Shown: positions 18,285 to 28,079 of the stretch, piece after piece
Layout: each line of letters begins with the position of its first letter
Numbering within the stretch: position 1 is the first letter of the stretch
Assembly (NCBI GenBank): GCA_002729125.1
Contig: PBTQ01000053.1
Span: 1 to 59,658 of the forward strand
Source: Acidimicrobiaceae bacterium
GTDB taxonomy: Bacteria; Actinomycetota; Acidimicrobiia; Acidimicrobiales; Aldehydirespiratoraceae
Reading direction: 5' to 3'
DNA: 59,658 nucleotides
The notes under the pieces: generated by a model
Databases searched by the model: none
What the model saw: only the letters and a program-made list of their open reading frames with translations
Told to the model about the DNA's origin: nothing
Position numbers and translations under genes: made by a program

Positions 18285-19009
18285 CGATCACTGAGCAGAT
18301 CACCGACACCGAGACAGCGGACGGCCCGATGGCCATCGTGCACGCGTCCCCGGAAGGCGGCAGCCCGAAGAGGGTGCTGATCTTCATGGACGCGCCAGGT
18401 ATCCGCCCGTCGCTCAAGCACTTCACCGCCAGACTGGCCGAGGTCGGCTACGAGGCGGCGATCCCCGACCTGTGGCATCGCCACGGCCGCATGATCGGCT
18501 TCGAACCCGTCGACGACGCCGAGGCGAATCAGGCCAACCGGCTGAAGATCATGGAAATGCTCGGCACCCTCGACGACGGTCAGGTGCAGATGGATCGCGA
18601 CGCAACACTCGATGCGCTCGGGTGGACCGACGGACCGATGGCGACCATTGGGTTCTGTCTCGGCGCGCGGTATGTGCACAAGGCCATGCAGGAACTCCCG
18701 CACCGGTTCCCGACCGGTGCGATGTGGCACCCGTCGTTCCTCACCGACGACACCGAAGCGTCACCCCACCTCACCGTCGACGCCATCGGAGAACTCTGGA
18801 TCGGTATCGGCACCGCCGACAAGGTCCAGTCGATCGAGATGCACCAGCGATACCTCGACGCCATCGAGGGGCTGGACAACATCACGCTGCGAATCTTCGA
18901 CGGCGCGGATCACGGCTACACCTGGCCGGTCTCGCCGACGTATCACGAGGAAGCGGCGACGATCGGCTGGAACGCCACCACCGAGATGTTCGATGGGGTG
19001 CTCGGCTAA
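18281..19009 (+). CDS. Dienelactone hydrolase family protein
   Basis: MDAPGIRP, PDLWHR, GFCLG nucleophile, GADHGY; GGAGG SD and ATGA overlap. Confidence 0.9.
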   Translation: MTITEQITDTETADGPMAIVHASPEGGSPKRVLIFMDAPGIRPSLKHFTARLAEVGYEAAIPDLWHRHGRMIGFEPVDDAEANQANRLKIMEMLGTLDDGQVQMDRDATLDALGWTDGPMATIGFCLGARYVHKAMQELPHRFPTGAMWHPSFLTDDTEASPHLTVDAIGELWIGIGTADKVQSIEMHQRYLDAIEGLDNITLRIFDGADHGYTWPVSPTYHEEAATIGWNATTEMFDGVLG

Positions 19010-20463
19010 CCGAAAACCATGACGCCGTCGTCGACGGGTTCCTTACCGATCAGCTTTATGTCGTCGCTCACCGACTGGGTGTTGAGCCAGGGGGCCCGAT
19101 CGCCCTGCTTGGGCAGCATCGGCATTATTCGCCGCATATAGCCAGCCGGGAAGTCGTCGATGAAGGGGCGACGCGGCATGTCGAGATCGCGCGGGCGGAG
19201 ACGCGGGGTGGCGGTGTCGGTGCCGGTGTTGCGCATGTGGTTGAGCAGGCGGCAGCCGTACTCAACGATCAGGTCGGCCCGCAGGGTCCACGACGCGTTG
19301 ATGTACCCGAAGACGGAGATCAGGTTGGGGATCTCGGAATAGCCGAGGCCCTTGTAGGTCCAGAGCTCCGAGAAATCGATCTTCTCGCCATCGATGTCGA
19401 GGTCCATCTCGCCGATCGTCACCAGGTTGAGCCCCGTGGCGGTGACGATGATGTCGGCATCGACATGCGCGCCCGAATCGAGCTGGATTCCCGACTCGGT
19501 GAAACGCTCGATAGTGTCGGTGACGATGTCGGCCTTGCCAGCCTTGATCGCCTCGAACAGGTCGGCGTCGGGCACGAGGCAGACCCGCTGGTCCCACGGG
19601 TTGTACGACGGAGTGAAGTGGGTGTCGATCTGCTCCTGCGGCAGGTGCTTGGCGAGCTCGCTCAGCAGCCGTCGACGGACTCGGTCGGGGTTGGTGCGGG
19701 TCTGGCGATACACGTACTCGCCGAAGCGCCGATTCTTCTGGCGGGTGAGTTCAAACGCCAGGCCATTGGGCAGCACCTTCCGGAGCGCGTTCGCGATCGG
19801 GTCGTGCGACGGCGCAGACACGACCCAGGTCGGTGTGCGCTGCACCATGGTCACGTGCTCGGCTCGGTCGGTCATGGCCGGAACGAGCGTCACCGCCGTG
19901 GCACCCGACCCGATGACCGCAACCCGCTTACCGGCGTAGTCGAGATCTTCGGGCCATTCCTGGGGGTGGATGATCTGGCCGCCAAACCTGCCGGAGCCGG
20001 CGAACTGGGGCGTGAAGCCTCCGCGGTACGAGTAGTACCCGGTGCACATGAATACGAAGTTGGCTGCGATCTCGAACGTGTCATCACCGTGATCGACCGT
20101 GAGCGTCCATCGCCGATCGGTCCATGACCAACTTGCCTTCGAGATGCGATGGTCGAAGCGGATCTTGTCTCGGATCCCGAACTCGTCGACCGTTTCGTTT
20201 AGGTAGTCGAGGATCGACGGACCGTCGGCGATCGCCTTCGGGTTGCTCCACGGCTTGAACTTGAAGCCCAGCGTGTGCATGTCGCTGTCGGAGCGGACAC
20301 CGGGATAGCGGAATAGGTCCCAGGTGCCGCCGAGTGTCGACCGTCCCTCGAGGATCGCGAACTCGCGGTCGGGGCACATGGTCTGCAGGTGGTAGGCCGC
20401 AGAAATGCCGGAGATGCCGGCGCCGATGACGACGACGTCGAAATGCCCGGGGGAGTCGCTCAT
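19006..20463 (-). CDS. Flavin-containing (Baeyer-Villiger-type, EthA-like) monooxygenase
   Basis: GAGISG, GGTWDLFRYPGVRSDSD, FGGQIIHPQEW, GSGATA, ATG, SWTLRAD. Confidence 0.92.
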   Translation of the reverse strand: MSDSPGHFDVVVIGAGISGISAAYHLQTMCPDREFAILEGRSTLGGTWDLFRYPGVRSDSDMHTLGFKFKPWSNPKAIADGPSILDYLNETVDEFGIRDKIRFDHRISKASWSWTDRRWTLTVDHGDDTFEIAANFVFMCTGYYSYRGGFTPQFAGSGRFGGQIIHPQEWPEDLDYAGKRVAVIGSGATAVTLVPAMTDRAEHVTMVQRTPTWVVSAPSHDPIANALRKVLPNGLAFELTRQKNRRFGEYVYRQTRTNPDRVRRRLLSELAKHLPQEQIDTHFTPSYNPWDQRVCLVPDADLFEAIKAGKADIVTDTIERFTESGIQLDSGAHVDADIIVTATGLNLVTIGEMDLDIDGEKIDFSELWTYKGLGYSEIPNLISVFGYINASWTLRADLIVEYGCRLLNHMRNTGTDTATPRLRPRDLDMPRRPFIDDFPAGYMRRIMPMLPKQGDRAPWLNTQSVSDDIKLIGKEPVDDGVMVFG

Positions 20464-20527
20464 CACGTAAAGCCTACGGCGGCGTCGCAGGCCGACCCGC
20501 ATTCGTCTCGACGGTCGCCGTGACCCC

Positions 20528-21295
20528 TCAGGAACGGGGCACCTTCCAGTAGCCACGGATCGTCGTGTGTGAACGGGGAGTAGCCCGTTCGTCGAAGAGG
20601 TGCTTGCGAATCGCCTGCATCGAAGCGGCCTCGCCGGCCGCCCAAACCCGAGTACCGCCCGTGACGGTGGTGCCCGCAATCGCTTGACGCAACGAGGTGC
20701 CGGGTGGTTCGGTCTCGACGACGTGATGCCACATCACAGTCGCAGCCGGATGGTCGGGCAACACCAGGCGAGCGTCGGTATGTTCGATCTCGAGGTGGAC
20801 GTCAACCTCCATCGATGTCGGGATGGCACCGAGCAGCTGCTCGATCGCCGGGATGGCGGTCTCATCGCCGAGCAACACGTAGCGGTCTGCTGATTCGTCG
20901 ATGGCCTCGCCGCGGCCGGGCCCCGAGATCGCACACGGGTCGCCGGGCGACGCCGTCTCGGACCAGTCGGCGATCGCTCCGCCCGGATGCCGAACGATGT
21001 CGATGGCGAGTTCGTGGCCGTCGAGGTGCACCGGGGTGAAGGTACGGAGCGCTGGACGACGACCATCGGCGAGGAGAAATTCGTTGCCGTTCCACGTCGG
21101 TAGCTCGAAGGGCTCACCCGGCCAGGGGACGAGCAATCGCACGCTCGCCGCCGGTTCGGGTAGTTCGAGTCCCTCGAGTCCGATCCCTCCGACCACGACC
21201 CGCATCATCCGGACCGATCGTGGCTCGGTGTGAAGAACGGCGAGACGGCGGAGCGGTGGGGGTTCACGCCGGAGGCGGGTGGGGGCGTCGCTCAT
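20528..21295 (-). CDS. Siderophore-interacting protein (ViuB/FAD-binding family)
   Basis: LRTFTP, IDIVRH.GG, GPG, GDETAIPAI, WAAGEA, GYWK. Confidence 0.9.
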   Translation of the reverse strand: MSDAPTRLRREPPPLRRLAVLHTEPRSVRMMRVVVGGIGLEGLELPEPAASVRLLVPWPGEPFELPTWNGNEFLLADGRRPALRTFTPVHLDGHELAIDIVRHPGGAIADWSETASPGDPCAISGPGRGEAIDESADRYVLLGDETAIPAIEQLLGAIPTSMEVDVHLEIEHTDARLVLPDHPAATVMWHHVVETEPPGTSLRQAIAGTTVTGGTRVWAAGEAASMQAIRKHLFDERATPRSHTTIRGYWKVPRS

Positions 21296-21372
21296 GGTCT
21301 GATCCTGCCACGACCGATCCACTGAACGGGTGGGACGCATCCGGTTGCGCGTTGCCGACCGTAGATCTGGGC

Positions 21373-22173
21373 ATGGCCAGCATCACTGCGCCCCTCGACA
21401 CGCCCGTAGTTTCCGATGGTCGCATCGACCGCCTGCGGCGGTTCAACCTCATCATGGGTGTGCTCCATCTGGTCTCGGGTGGGTTCATGCTGCTAGTCAG
21501 CAACGACTTCTCACTCCCGGTCACCTCGTTCGCCACAAACGGGCCGCCGGGAACCTCACTCGCCGACGGTGAAGTTGTCGAGGCGTTCTCGTACCCACTC
21601 GCCGTCGGCACCGCCGGCTTCTTGCTCCTCTCCGCCGTCGCTCACCTCTTTGTCGCAACGCTCGGGTTCTCCTTCTATGCGAGTGAGCTGCGTGCCGGCC
21701 GCAACCGGATCCGTTGGGTCGAGTACGCAGCGTCGTCGACGCTCATGATCGTGTTGATCGCCTCGGTGGTCGGTATCTACGACGCCGGTGCGTTGCTCGC
21801 GATCGCCGGGGCGAACATCGCCATGATCTTGTTCGGCTGGCTGATGGAGACGGTCAACCAACCGGGTCGCCCGGTGTACTGGTCGCCGTTCTGGTTCGGG
21901 TGCATCGCGGGTATTGCTCCCTGGAAGGCGGTCACCGCCTCCGTGTGGATCAGTGTCGCCGTCGCCGACGACGGCCCGCCCGGATTCGTTTACGGCATCC
22001 TCGTTACGATCTTCCTCGCCTTCAACTGCTTCGCCCTGAACCAATGGTTGCAGTACAGCGGCAAGGGGCGTTGGGCCGATTACGCCCACGGCGAAACCGT
22101 CTATATCTGGCTCAGCTTGATCGCCAAGAGCCTTCTGGCCTGGCAGATCTGGGGTAACACCCTTATCGAATAG
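21373..22173 (+). CDS. Heliorhodopsin
   Basis: LRRFNLIMGVLHL, SAVAHL, NRIRWVEYAASSTLM, FGWLME, FALNQWLQY, GETVYIWLSLIAKSLLAWQ (SxxxK retinal lysine). Confidence 0.95.
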   Translation: MASITAPLDTPVVSDGRIDRLRRFNLIMGVLHLVSGGFMLLVSNDFSLPVTSFATNGPPGTSLADGEVVEAFSYPLAVGTAGFLLLSAVAHLFVATLGFSFYASELRAGRNRIRWVEYAASSTLMIVLIASVVGIYDAGALLAIAGANIAMILFGWLMETVNQPGRPVYWSPFWFGCIAGIAPWKAVTASVWISVAVADDGPPGFVYGILVTIFLAFNCFALNQWLQYSGKGRWADYAHGETVYIWLSLIAKSLLAWQIWGNTLIE

Positions 22174-22228
22174 TCAGCCGCGAACGACGATGACCAGTCT
22201 GCGATCGATCACCGTTCGGCACGCCGGA

Positions 22229-23011
22229 TCATTCGAAATCAGGGGCTCGTTTCTCGACGAAGGCGGCGACCCCTTCGAGCCCGTCGGCGCTCGCCATTGC
22301 CTTGGTTATCATCGCCGCCTCGAACTCACCGGCGGTCTCGAGGGTGGCGTCGATGCCGTTGTAGACCACCCGCTTGGCTTCTCCGAGCGCCGACGTGGCG
22401 CCCTGCGCGAGTGACGTGGCCAGCTCGACGGTGGCGGTGTCGACATCGTCGTCGGCGGCGACCCGGTTGACTAGCCCCCAGCTCTCGGCCTCCTCGGCGG
22501 AGAGGACCCGGTTGGTGAGGGTGAGATCAAGCATGCGGCGCAGGCCGATGTGGCGGGTGACGAAGTACGACGACGTGCCGTCGGGGGTCACGCCCGCTCG
22601 GGTGTAGGCCATCGTGTACTTGGCGCTTTCGCCCGAAACCACGAGGTCGAAGGCGCTCATGAGACTCATGCCCGCACCGCCTGCGGCGCCGCGCACGCCG
22701 GCGATGAACGGCTTCGGGGTGTGGTTCATCATGTGAATCGCAGCGTGGAAGTCGATCAGCATGTCGTGGGCGTGACGGGCCATCTGGTCGCCCCAGGCGT
22801 GGAAAAGTTTCAGATCGCCACCGGCGCAGAAGACCTTGCCCTCGGCGGTGACGGCCACGGACTTGACGCTGTCGTCGTAGTGGATTTGCAGCATCGCCTC
22901 GCGCAGCTCACGGGCGAAGGTCGGGCTGACGGCGTTTGCGCCCTCGGGGCGGTCAAAGTGCAGTCGTCCGACACGATCCTGCACGTCGTAGGTAATGGTC
23001 TCGAACTCCAT
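22229..23011 (-). CDS. Enoyl-CoA hydratase/isomerase family protein
   Basis: FCAGGDL, AAGGAGMSL, GVTPDG, AEEAESWGLVNRV, EGVAAFVEKR. Confidence 0.92.
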   Translation of the reverse strand: MEFETITYDVQDRVGRLHFDRPEGANAVSPTFARELREAMLQIHYDDSVKSVAVTAEGKVFCAGGDLKLFHAWGDQMARHAHDMLIDFHAAIHMMNHTPKPFIAGVRGAAGGAGMSLMSAFDLVVSGESAKYTMAYTRAGVTPDGTSSYFVTRHIGLRRMLDLTLTNRVLSAEEAESWGLVNRVAADDDVDTATVELATSLAQGATSALGEAKRVVYNGIDATLETAGEFEAAMITKAMASADGLEGVAAFVEKRAPDFE

Positions 23012-23205
23012 GATGCGCACCGTAGTGCGCCTTGGTGCCACCGAACCAAGGGCAGAAGACCACGCCCTCGCGATCGTCGGACACCGGACCGGTGTGTCGG
23101 TCGCCGGGACGCGCTGTCCTCAGGGGAAGAGACTGGTCGACACAGCGGAGCGGCGGGTCTTACGATGCCGCAGCCAACGAGGGCACCAACAACAGGGGGG
23201 CGGCC

Positions 23206-24165
23206 ATGAAGGTCGGTTTCATCGGTCTCGGCAATGTGGGCGGCAAGCTCGCCAGCTCGTTGCTGCGCAACGGCTACGACCTGATGGTCAGAGACCTCGA
23301 TCGGGAGATCGCGCAGCCCTTCGTCGACGCCGGCGCAAGATTCACCGAGTCGCCCAAGGAAATGGCCGAGCAGTGCGATCTCGTCATCACGTGCCTGCCG
23401 TCGCCTGCTGCGTCGGCGACGGTCATGGAGGCCGAGGACGGGTTACTTGCCGGATTCGGCTCGGGGAAGATCTGGGCCGAGATGTCGACCACTGACGAGG
23501 CCGAGGTGAAGCGTCTCGGCGCCAAGGTGATCGAAAGCGGTGCGTCACCCGTCGACTGTCCGGTGAGCGGTGGCTGCCATCGTGCTGCTACCGGCAACAT
23601 CGCCATCTTCGCTGGCTGTGATCGAGACGTCTTCGATCGGATGCTGCCGGTGCTCACAACCCTCGGCCGCCGGGTACTCCATACCGGTGAACTCGGCTCG
23701 GCGTCGGTGCTCAAGGTGCTAACCAACTATCTTGCCACCGCCAACCTGATCACGTGCGCCGAGGCACTCGTCACGGCCAAGGCAGCCGGGATGGATCTCA
23801 ACACCACATATGAGGCGATCGCGATCTCATCGGGCAACTCGTTCGTCCACGAGACCGAGAGTCAGGTGATCCTCAACGGCACCCGCGACATCAACTTCAC
23901 CATGGACCTCGTCGTGAAGGACATCTCGCTGTTCCAGGCGATCGCAGACCGTCACGATGTGCCGCTCGAGATGAACCCCCTGATGATTCAGATCTTCAAG
24001 GACGGCATGGATCGTTTCGGCCCCCGCGAGTGGTCGCCCAACATCATCAAGCGGCTCGAGGAGGCCACCGGACTCGACATCCTCGCCTCCGGCTTCCCAG
24101 CAGAGATGGTCGATCTCGAGCCCGAGGAGCCGGGCTACGAGGTCATCCCCACCGGTGCCCGCTGA
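23206..24165 (+). CDS. NAD(P)-dependent 3-hydroxyisobutyrate/beta-hydroxyacid dehydrogenase family protein
   Basis: GFIGLGNVGG, DCPVSGG, catalytic K in LKVLTN, FTMDLVVKD. Confidence 0.9.
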   Translation: MKVGFIGLGNVGGKLASSLLRNGYDLMVRDLDREIAQPFVDAGARFTESPKEMAEQCDLVITCLPSPAASATVMEAEDGLLAGFGSGKIWAEMSTTDEAEVKRLGAKVIESGASPVDCPVSGGCHRAATGNIAIFAGCDRDVFDRMLPVLTTLGRRVLHTGELGSASVLKVLTNYLATANLITCAEALVTAKAAGMDLNTTYEAIAISSGNSFVHETESQVILNGTRDINFTMDLVVKDISLFQAIADRHDVPLEMNPLMIQIFKDGMDRFGPREWSPNIIKRLEEATGLDILASGFPAEMVDLEPEEPGYEVIPTGAR

Positions 24166-24183
24166 GCGGTCGGGCGGGCCGGC

Positions 24184-25110
24184 TCAGTCCAGTCGGGATC
24201 GGATCCACTCGCAGACCTCGGCCATCGAAGCACGGGCCTCGGGGAGCTCGCGGAAGAACTCGAAGACGTGCCACATGCCTTCCCAGATCCGGAGGGTCAC
24301 GTCGACGCCGTCACTCCGCATCCCGGCCGAGATCCGAACACCGTCTGAGAGCAGGAGATCCCGAGTTCCTGTCGTGATGTAGGTGGGTGGCAAGTCGGTG
24401 AAGTCGGCGTGCACCGGCGAGACGAAGGGATCGTCGACCGCAGCATCGCCGCGGTAGAGATCGGCCATCACGCGCAAGTCATCGTTGTCGAGCACAAGGG
24501 TCGGGTCGCGGTTCGTCTCGTGACTGTCGCCGCCGAGCGCGAGGTCGCCCCATGGCGACAGCAGCGCGAGCGCATCGGGGAAGCGGAGTCCGGCGTTCCG
24601 GATCCGTTGCATGAGTGCGAGGGCGAGATTGCCGCCCGCAGACTCTCCGGCGACCGCCACCGGGCCGTCACCGATCTCGTCGAGCACGCCTCGGTATGCC
24701 GCCTCGGCGGTGTCGACCGCAGCGGGGTATGGCTGCTCCGGCGCCAACGGATACCGCACGGCGATCACCCGTGCGCCGCCATCGACCGCCAGCGGTGCCG
24801 TGATGACGATGTCCTCCTCGGGCGAGCCGACCGTGTGTCCGCCACCGAAGAAGTAGACGATCGTGCCAGCCGGCGTGTTGCCGGTGACCTCGAGACACGG
24901 CACACCACCGACCTCGATCTCCCGCTCGTTCGGTGCGAACTCGGCACGGGCCGCCGCCATCGACGGCTCCCAGCCCGAACGGATGGTTGCCCGGACCTCC
25001 GCAGCGTTGTCGAGACTGATCAGGGCCCGATCCGACGGCGGATTTGCAGCCAGCCAGGCCCGTGCCTCGGCGCTGATGCCGGATCGCGACCATGTTCCGG
25101 GGGACTTCAC
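24184..25110 (-). CDS. Hormone-sensitive-lipase family alpha/beta hydrolase
   Basis: FGGG (HGGG-like), YPLAPE, GESAGG, D and GMWH; start inferred at GTG 25110. Confidence 0.85.
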   Translation of the reverse strand: MKSPGTWSRSGISAEARAWLAANPPSDRALISLDNAAEVRATIRSGWEPSMAAARAEFAPNEREIEVGGVPCLEVTGNTPAGTIVYFFGGGHTVGSPEEDIVITAPLAVDGGARVIAVRYPLAPEQPYPAAVDTAEAAYRGVLDEIGDGPVAVAGESAGGNLALALMQRIRNAGLRFPDALALLSPWGDLALGGDSHETNRDPTLVLDNDDLRVMADLYRGDAAVDDPFVSPVHADFTDLPPTYITTGTRDLLLSDGVRISAGMRSDGVDVTLRIWEGMWHVFEFFRELPEARASMAEVCEWIRSRLD

Positions 25111-25135
25111 GCCCCTACAGCTACCATCACCGCCC

Positions 25136-25756
25136 ATGCGTCCGCAGAAGATGGTGACCCTCGATGTCGAGGGCGTGCTCATTCCCGAGGTGTGGGTCGA
25201 CCTCGCCGAGCGGACGGGCATCGACGAACTCACGCGCACGACACGGGACGAACCCAACTACGACACGCTGATGAACTACCGGCTCGAAATCCTCGAGCGG
25301 GAGGGTGTCACGATGGGTGACCTGCGGGACGTGCTCGCCGAGATGGGTCCGCTCAACGGTGCCCACGATTTCCTCCAGAGCCTTCGCGACCAGTATCAGG
25401 TGATCTTGCTGAGCGACACATTCCAGCAGTTCGCTTCGCCGCTGATGAAGCAGCTCGGCTGCCCCACGATCCTGTGTCACCAGCTGCGGGTGAAGGGCGA
25501 TCGCATCGTCGACTATGTGCTCCGCATCGACGATCATAAGCGCCGATCGGTCGAGGCGTTCCGCTCGCTGAACTACCAGGTGGTCGCCGCCGGTGATTCG
25601 TACAACGACCTCTCGATGATTCGAGCCGCTAACGCCGGGGCGTTGTTCCACGCCCCACAGAACGTCATCGACGAGAACCCCGACTTGCCAGCGTTCGACT
25701 CCTACGACGAGCTGCGGGCGTGGATCGACTCGACTGATCCCAGCCCTGGGACCTAA
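25136..25756 (+). CDS. thrH: Bifunctional phosphoserine phosphatase/homoserine phosphotransferase (HAD)
   Basis: [33 protein letters not shown]; TACCAT 8 nt before ATG. Confidence 0.9.
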   Translation: MRPQKMVTLDVEGVLIPEVWVDLAERTGIDELTRTTRDEPNYDTLMNYRLEILEREGVTMGDLRDVLAEMGPLNGAHDFLQSLRDQYQVILLSDTFQQFASPLMKQLGCPTILCHQLRVKGDRIVDYVLRIDDHKRRSVEAFRSLNYQVVAAGDSYNDLSMIRAANAGALFHAPQNVIDENPDLPAFDSYDELRAWIDSTDPSPGT

Positions 25757-27120
25757 GCGTCGATGATCGGCACCTGCGCCATCGCCTCGGCGATCGCGTC
25801 GTCGCTCAGGTCGTAGTCGACCATCTCACCCGAGAGGAAGCTCTCGTAGGCGGCGAGGTCGAGGTGGCCGTGGCCGCACAGCGCGGTGAGGATCACACGC
25901 TCTTCGCCGGCCTCCTTGGCGCGGTTGGCCTCACGGATCGCAGCCGCGATGGCGTGGGTCGGCTCAGGGGCAGGGACGATACCTTCGGTGCGGGCGAATT
26001 GCAGTGCACCGGTGAAGCATTCGGTCTGGCCGATCGCCTCGGCTTCGACGAGGCCCGTCTCGTACAGGTGCGAGACCAGCGGCGACATGCCGTGGTAGCG
26101 CAGGCCACCGGCGTGGATCGGATCGGGGATGAAGTTGTGCCCGAGGGTGTGCATCTTCACGAGAGGTGTCATGCCGGCGCTGTCGCCGAAGTCGTAGCGG
26201 TACTCGCCCTTACTCATTGACGGACATGCCGCCGGCTCGACGCAACGGATCGTCGGGTTCATGTTGCCCTTCAGCTTCTCGCGAAGGAACGGGAAGCTGA
26301 GACCGCCGAAGTTCGAGCCGCCACCGGTGCAGCCGACGAGCACGTCGGGCTGTTCGCCGACCTTGGCGAGCTGGAGGAGCGCCTCTTCGCCGATGATCGT
26401 CTGGTGCAGCAGCACGTGGTTGAGCACCGAGCCGAGGGCGTAACGGGTGGTGGGATCCTCGACCGCCATGGCGACAGCCTCGGAGATTGCGATGCCGAGC
26501 GAACCTGGATGATCCGGATCCTGGGCGAGCAGTTGGCGACCGAAGTCGGTCTTGTCGCTCGGTGACGGGTGCACGGTGGCGCCCCAGATTCCCATCATCG
26601 TCTTGCGGTATGGCTTGGCTCGGTACGACGCTGCGACCTGCCACACCTCGCACTCAATGCCGTATTGGGCGGTGGCGAACGCAAGGGAGCTGCCCCACTG
26701 GCCAGCGCCGGTCTCCGTGGTGAGCTTCGTGATGCCCTCTTGGTGGTTGTAGTAGGCCTGTGGCACGGAGGTGTTGGGCTTGTGGGAGCCGGCCGGGCTC
26801 ACGCCTTCGTACTTGTAGTAGATGCGGGCGGGCGTATCGAGCAGCTGTTCGAGTCGTCGAGCTCGGAACAGCGGGCTCGGGCGCCACAGCTTGTAGACGT
26901 CAATTACCCCGCCGGGGATGTCGATATAGGAGTCGGTGGAGACCTCCTGCATGATCAGCGCCATCGGGAACAGCGGGGCGAGATCGTCGGGTCCGATCGG
27001 CTCGTGGGTGCCGGGGTGAAGGGGCGGGGGCGGCGGCGTCGGCAGATCGGGGATGACGTTGTACCACTGGGTGGGCATCTCAGATTCGTCGAGCAAAATC
27101 TTGCTGTAGTCCGCAGCCAT
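25753..27120 (-). CDS. trpB2: TrpB-like PLP enzyme (TrpB2)
   Basis: [46 protein letters not shown]. Confidence 0.93.
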   Translation of the reverse strand: MAADYSKILLDESEMPTQWYNVIPDLPTPPPPPLHPGTHEPIGPDDLAPLFPMALIMQEVSTDSYIDIPGGVIDVYKLWRPSPLFRARRLEQLLDTPARIYYKYEGVSPAGSHKPNTSVPQAYYNHQEGITKLTTETGAGQWGSSLAFATAQYGIECEVWQVAASYRAKPYRKTMMGIWGATVHPSPSDKTDFGRQLLAQDPDHPGSLGIAISEAVAMAVEDPTTRYALGSVLNHVLLHQTIIGEEALLQLAKVGEQPDVLVGCTGGGSNFGGLSFPFLREKLKGNMNPTIRCVEPAACPSMSKGEYRYDFGDSAGMTPLVKMHTLGHNFIPDPIHAGGLRYHGMSPLVSHLYETGLVEAEAIGQTECFTGALQFARTEGIVPAPEPTHAIAAAIREANRAKEAGEERVILTALCGHGHLDLAAYESFLSGEMVDYDLSDDAIAEAMAQVPIIDA

Positions 27121-27218
27121 GGGCGCCTCTTTCGCGTCGTTGAGAACGACGATTTATATCACGCTCTCGTCGTACGACCAGCGGGTCCCGGGCTCCGGGC
27201 TGGGTGAGGTGCGCCTGA

Positions 27219-28079
27219 TCAGATGAGATGGAAGAGGTGGTCGCCGTCGTACGCGGCGTCGGGGTTGTCCCGAACCCGACGGTCGAGCTCGTGGGCGTCG
27301 TCGCCCACGAGGATGCGCCACCGGCCGCCAAGCACGCCAGCGAGAATCACCGCAGCTGCCTCGGAGGCGGTCATCGGAGCCTGCTCCTCGAATATCTGGT
27401 CGACGGCGATCATGAACTCCGCCACCTCGGCGGTGGGTTCGACCGCAGCGTGGCGCAGGGAGTTGGCGACGATCTTCGTCCCGATGTGGCCGGGCATGAC
27501 GACGTGAGCCGAGACGTGTGGGGCGTGCACCTGGAGGTCGGTGATCAGGGCTTCGGTGAAGCCTTTCACTGCGAACTTCGACGCCGAGTAGGCGGTGTGG
27601 GGACGGTCGGGTCCGACGGACGCGTAGAAGCCGTTGACGCTCGACGTGTTGACCACTGCGCCTTCGGATGCGGCCGCGACGAGTGGCAGGAAGACGCGGC
27701 AGCCCAGGTAGACACCGCCCCAGACGACATCGAAGGTTCGTTCCCACGCCGGCCGCTCGGTCTCGAACATGGAGCCGCCGCCGGCGATGCCGGCGTTGTT
27801 GAACAGCAGATGGATGTGATCGGTGTCCAAGCTCTCGACGATCGCGTCGCGAAAGGCCTCGAGATCCGCTTCCTTCGACACGTCGGCCGTGTGGGTGAGC
27901 ACCCGCACGTCGGGCGACTCGTCGGCGACTATCGCCGCCGTCTCAGCCATCGTGTCGGGGGAGAGGTCGCAGAAGGCGACGTCGCAGCCGCCGGCCGCGA
28001 GCTGACGCACGAGCTCGCGGCCCATGCCGGTGCCGCCGCCGGTGACGATTGCGATCTTGCGGGAAAGATCAGTGATCAT
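27219..28079 (-). CDS. Short-chain dehydrogenase/reductase
   Basis: TGGGTGMG, NNAG, NTSS, YSASK; ATG overlaps the P450 stop (TGATG). Confidence 0.92.
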   Translation of the reverse strand: MITDLSRKIAIVTGGGTGMGRELVRQLAAGGCDVAFCDLSPDTMAETAAIVADESPDVRVLTHTADVSKEADLEAFRDAIVESLDTDHIHLLFNNAGIAGGGSMFETERPAWERTFDVVWGGVYLGCRVFLPLVAAASEGAVVNTSSVNGFYASVGPDRPHTAYSASKFAVKGFTEALITDLQVHAPHVSAHVVMPGHIGTKIVANSLRHAAVEPTAEVAEFMIAVDQIFEEQAPMTASEAAAVILAGVLGGRWRILVGDDAHELDRRVRDNPDAAYDGDHLFHLI

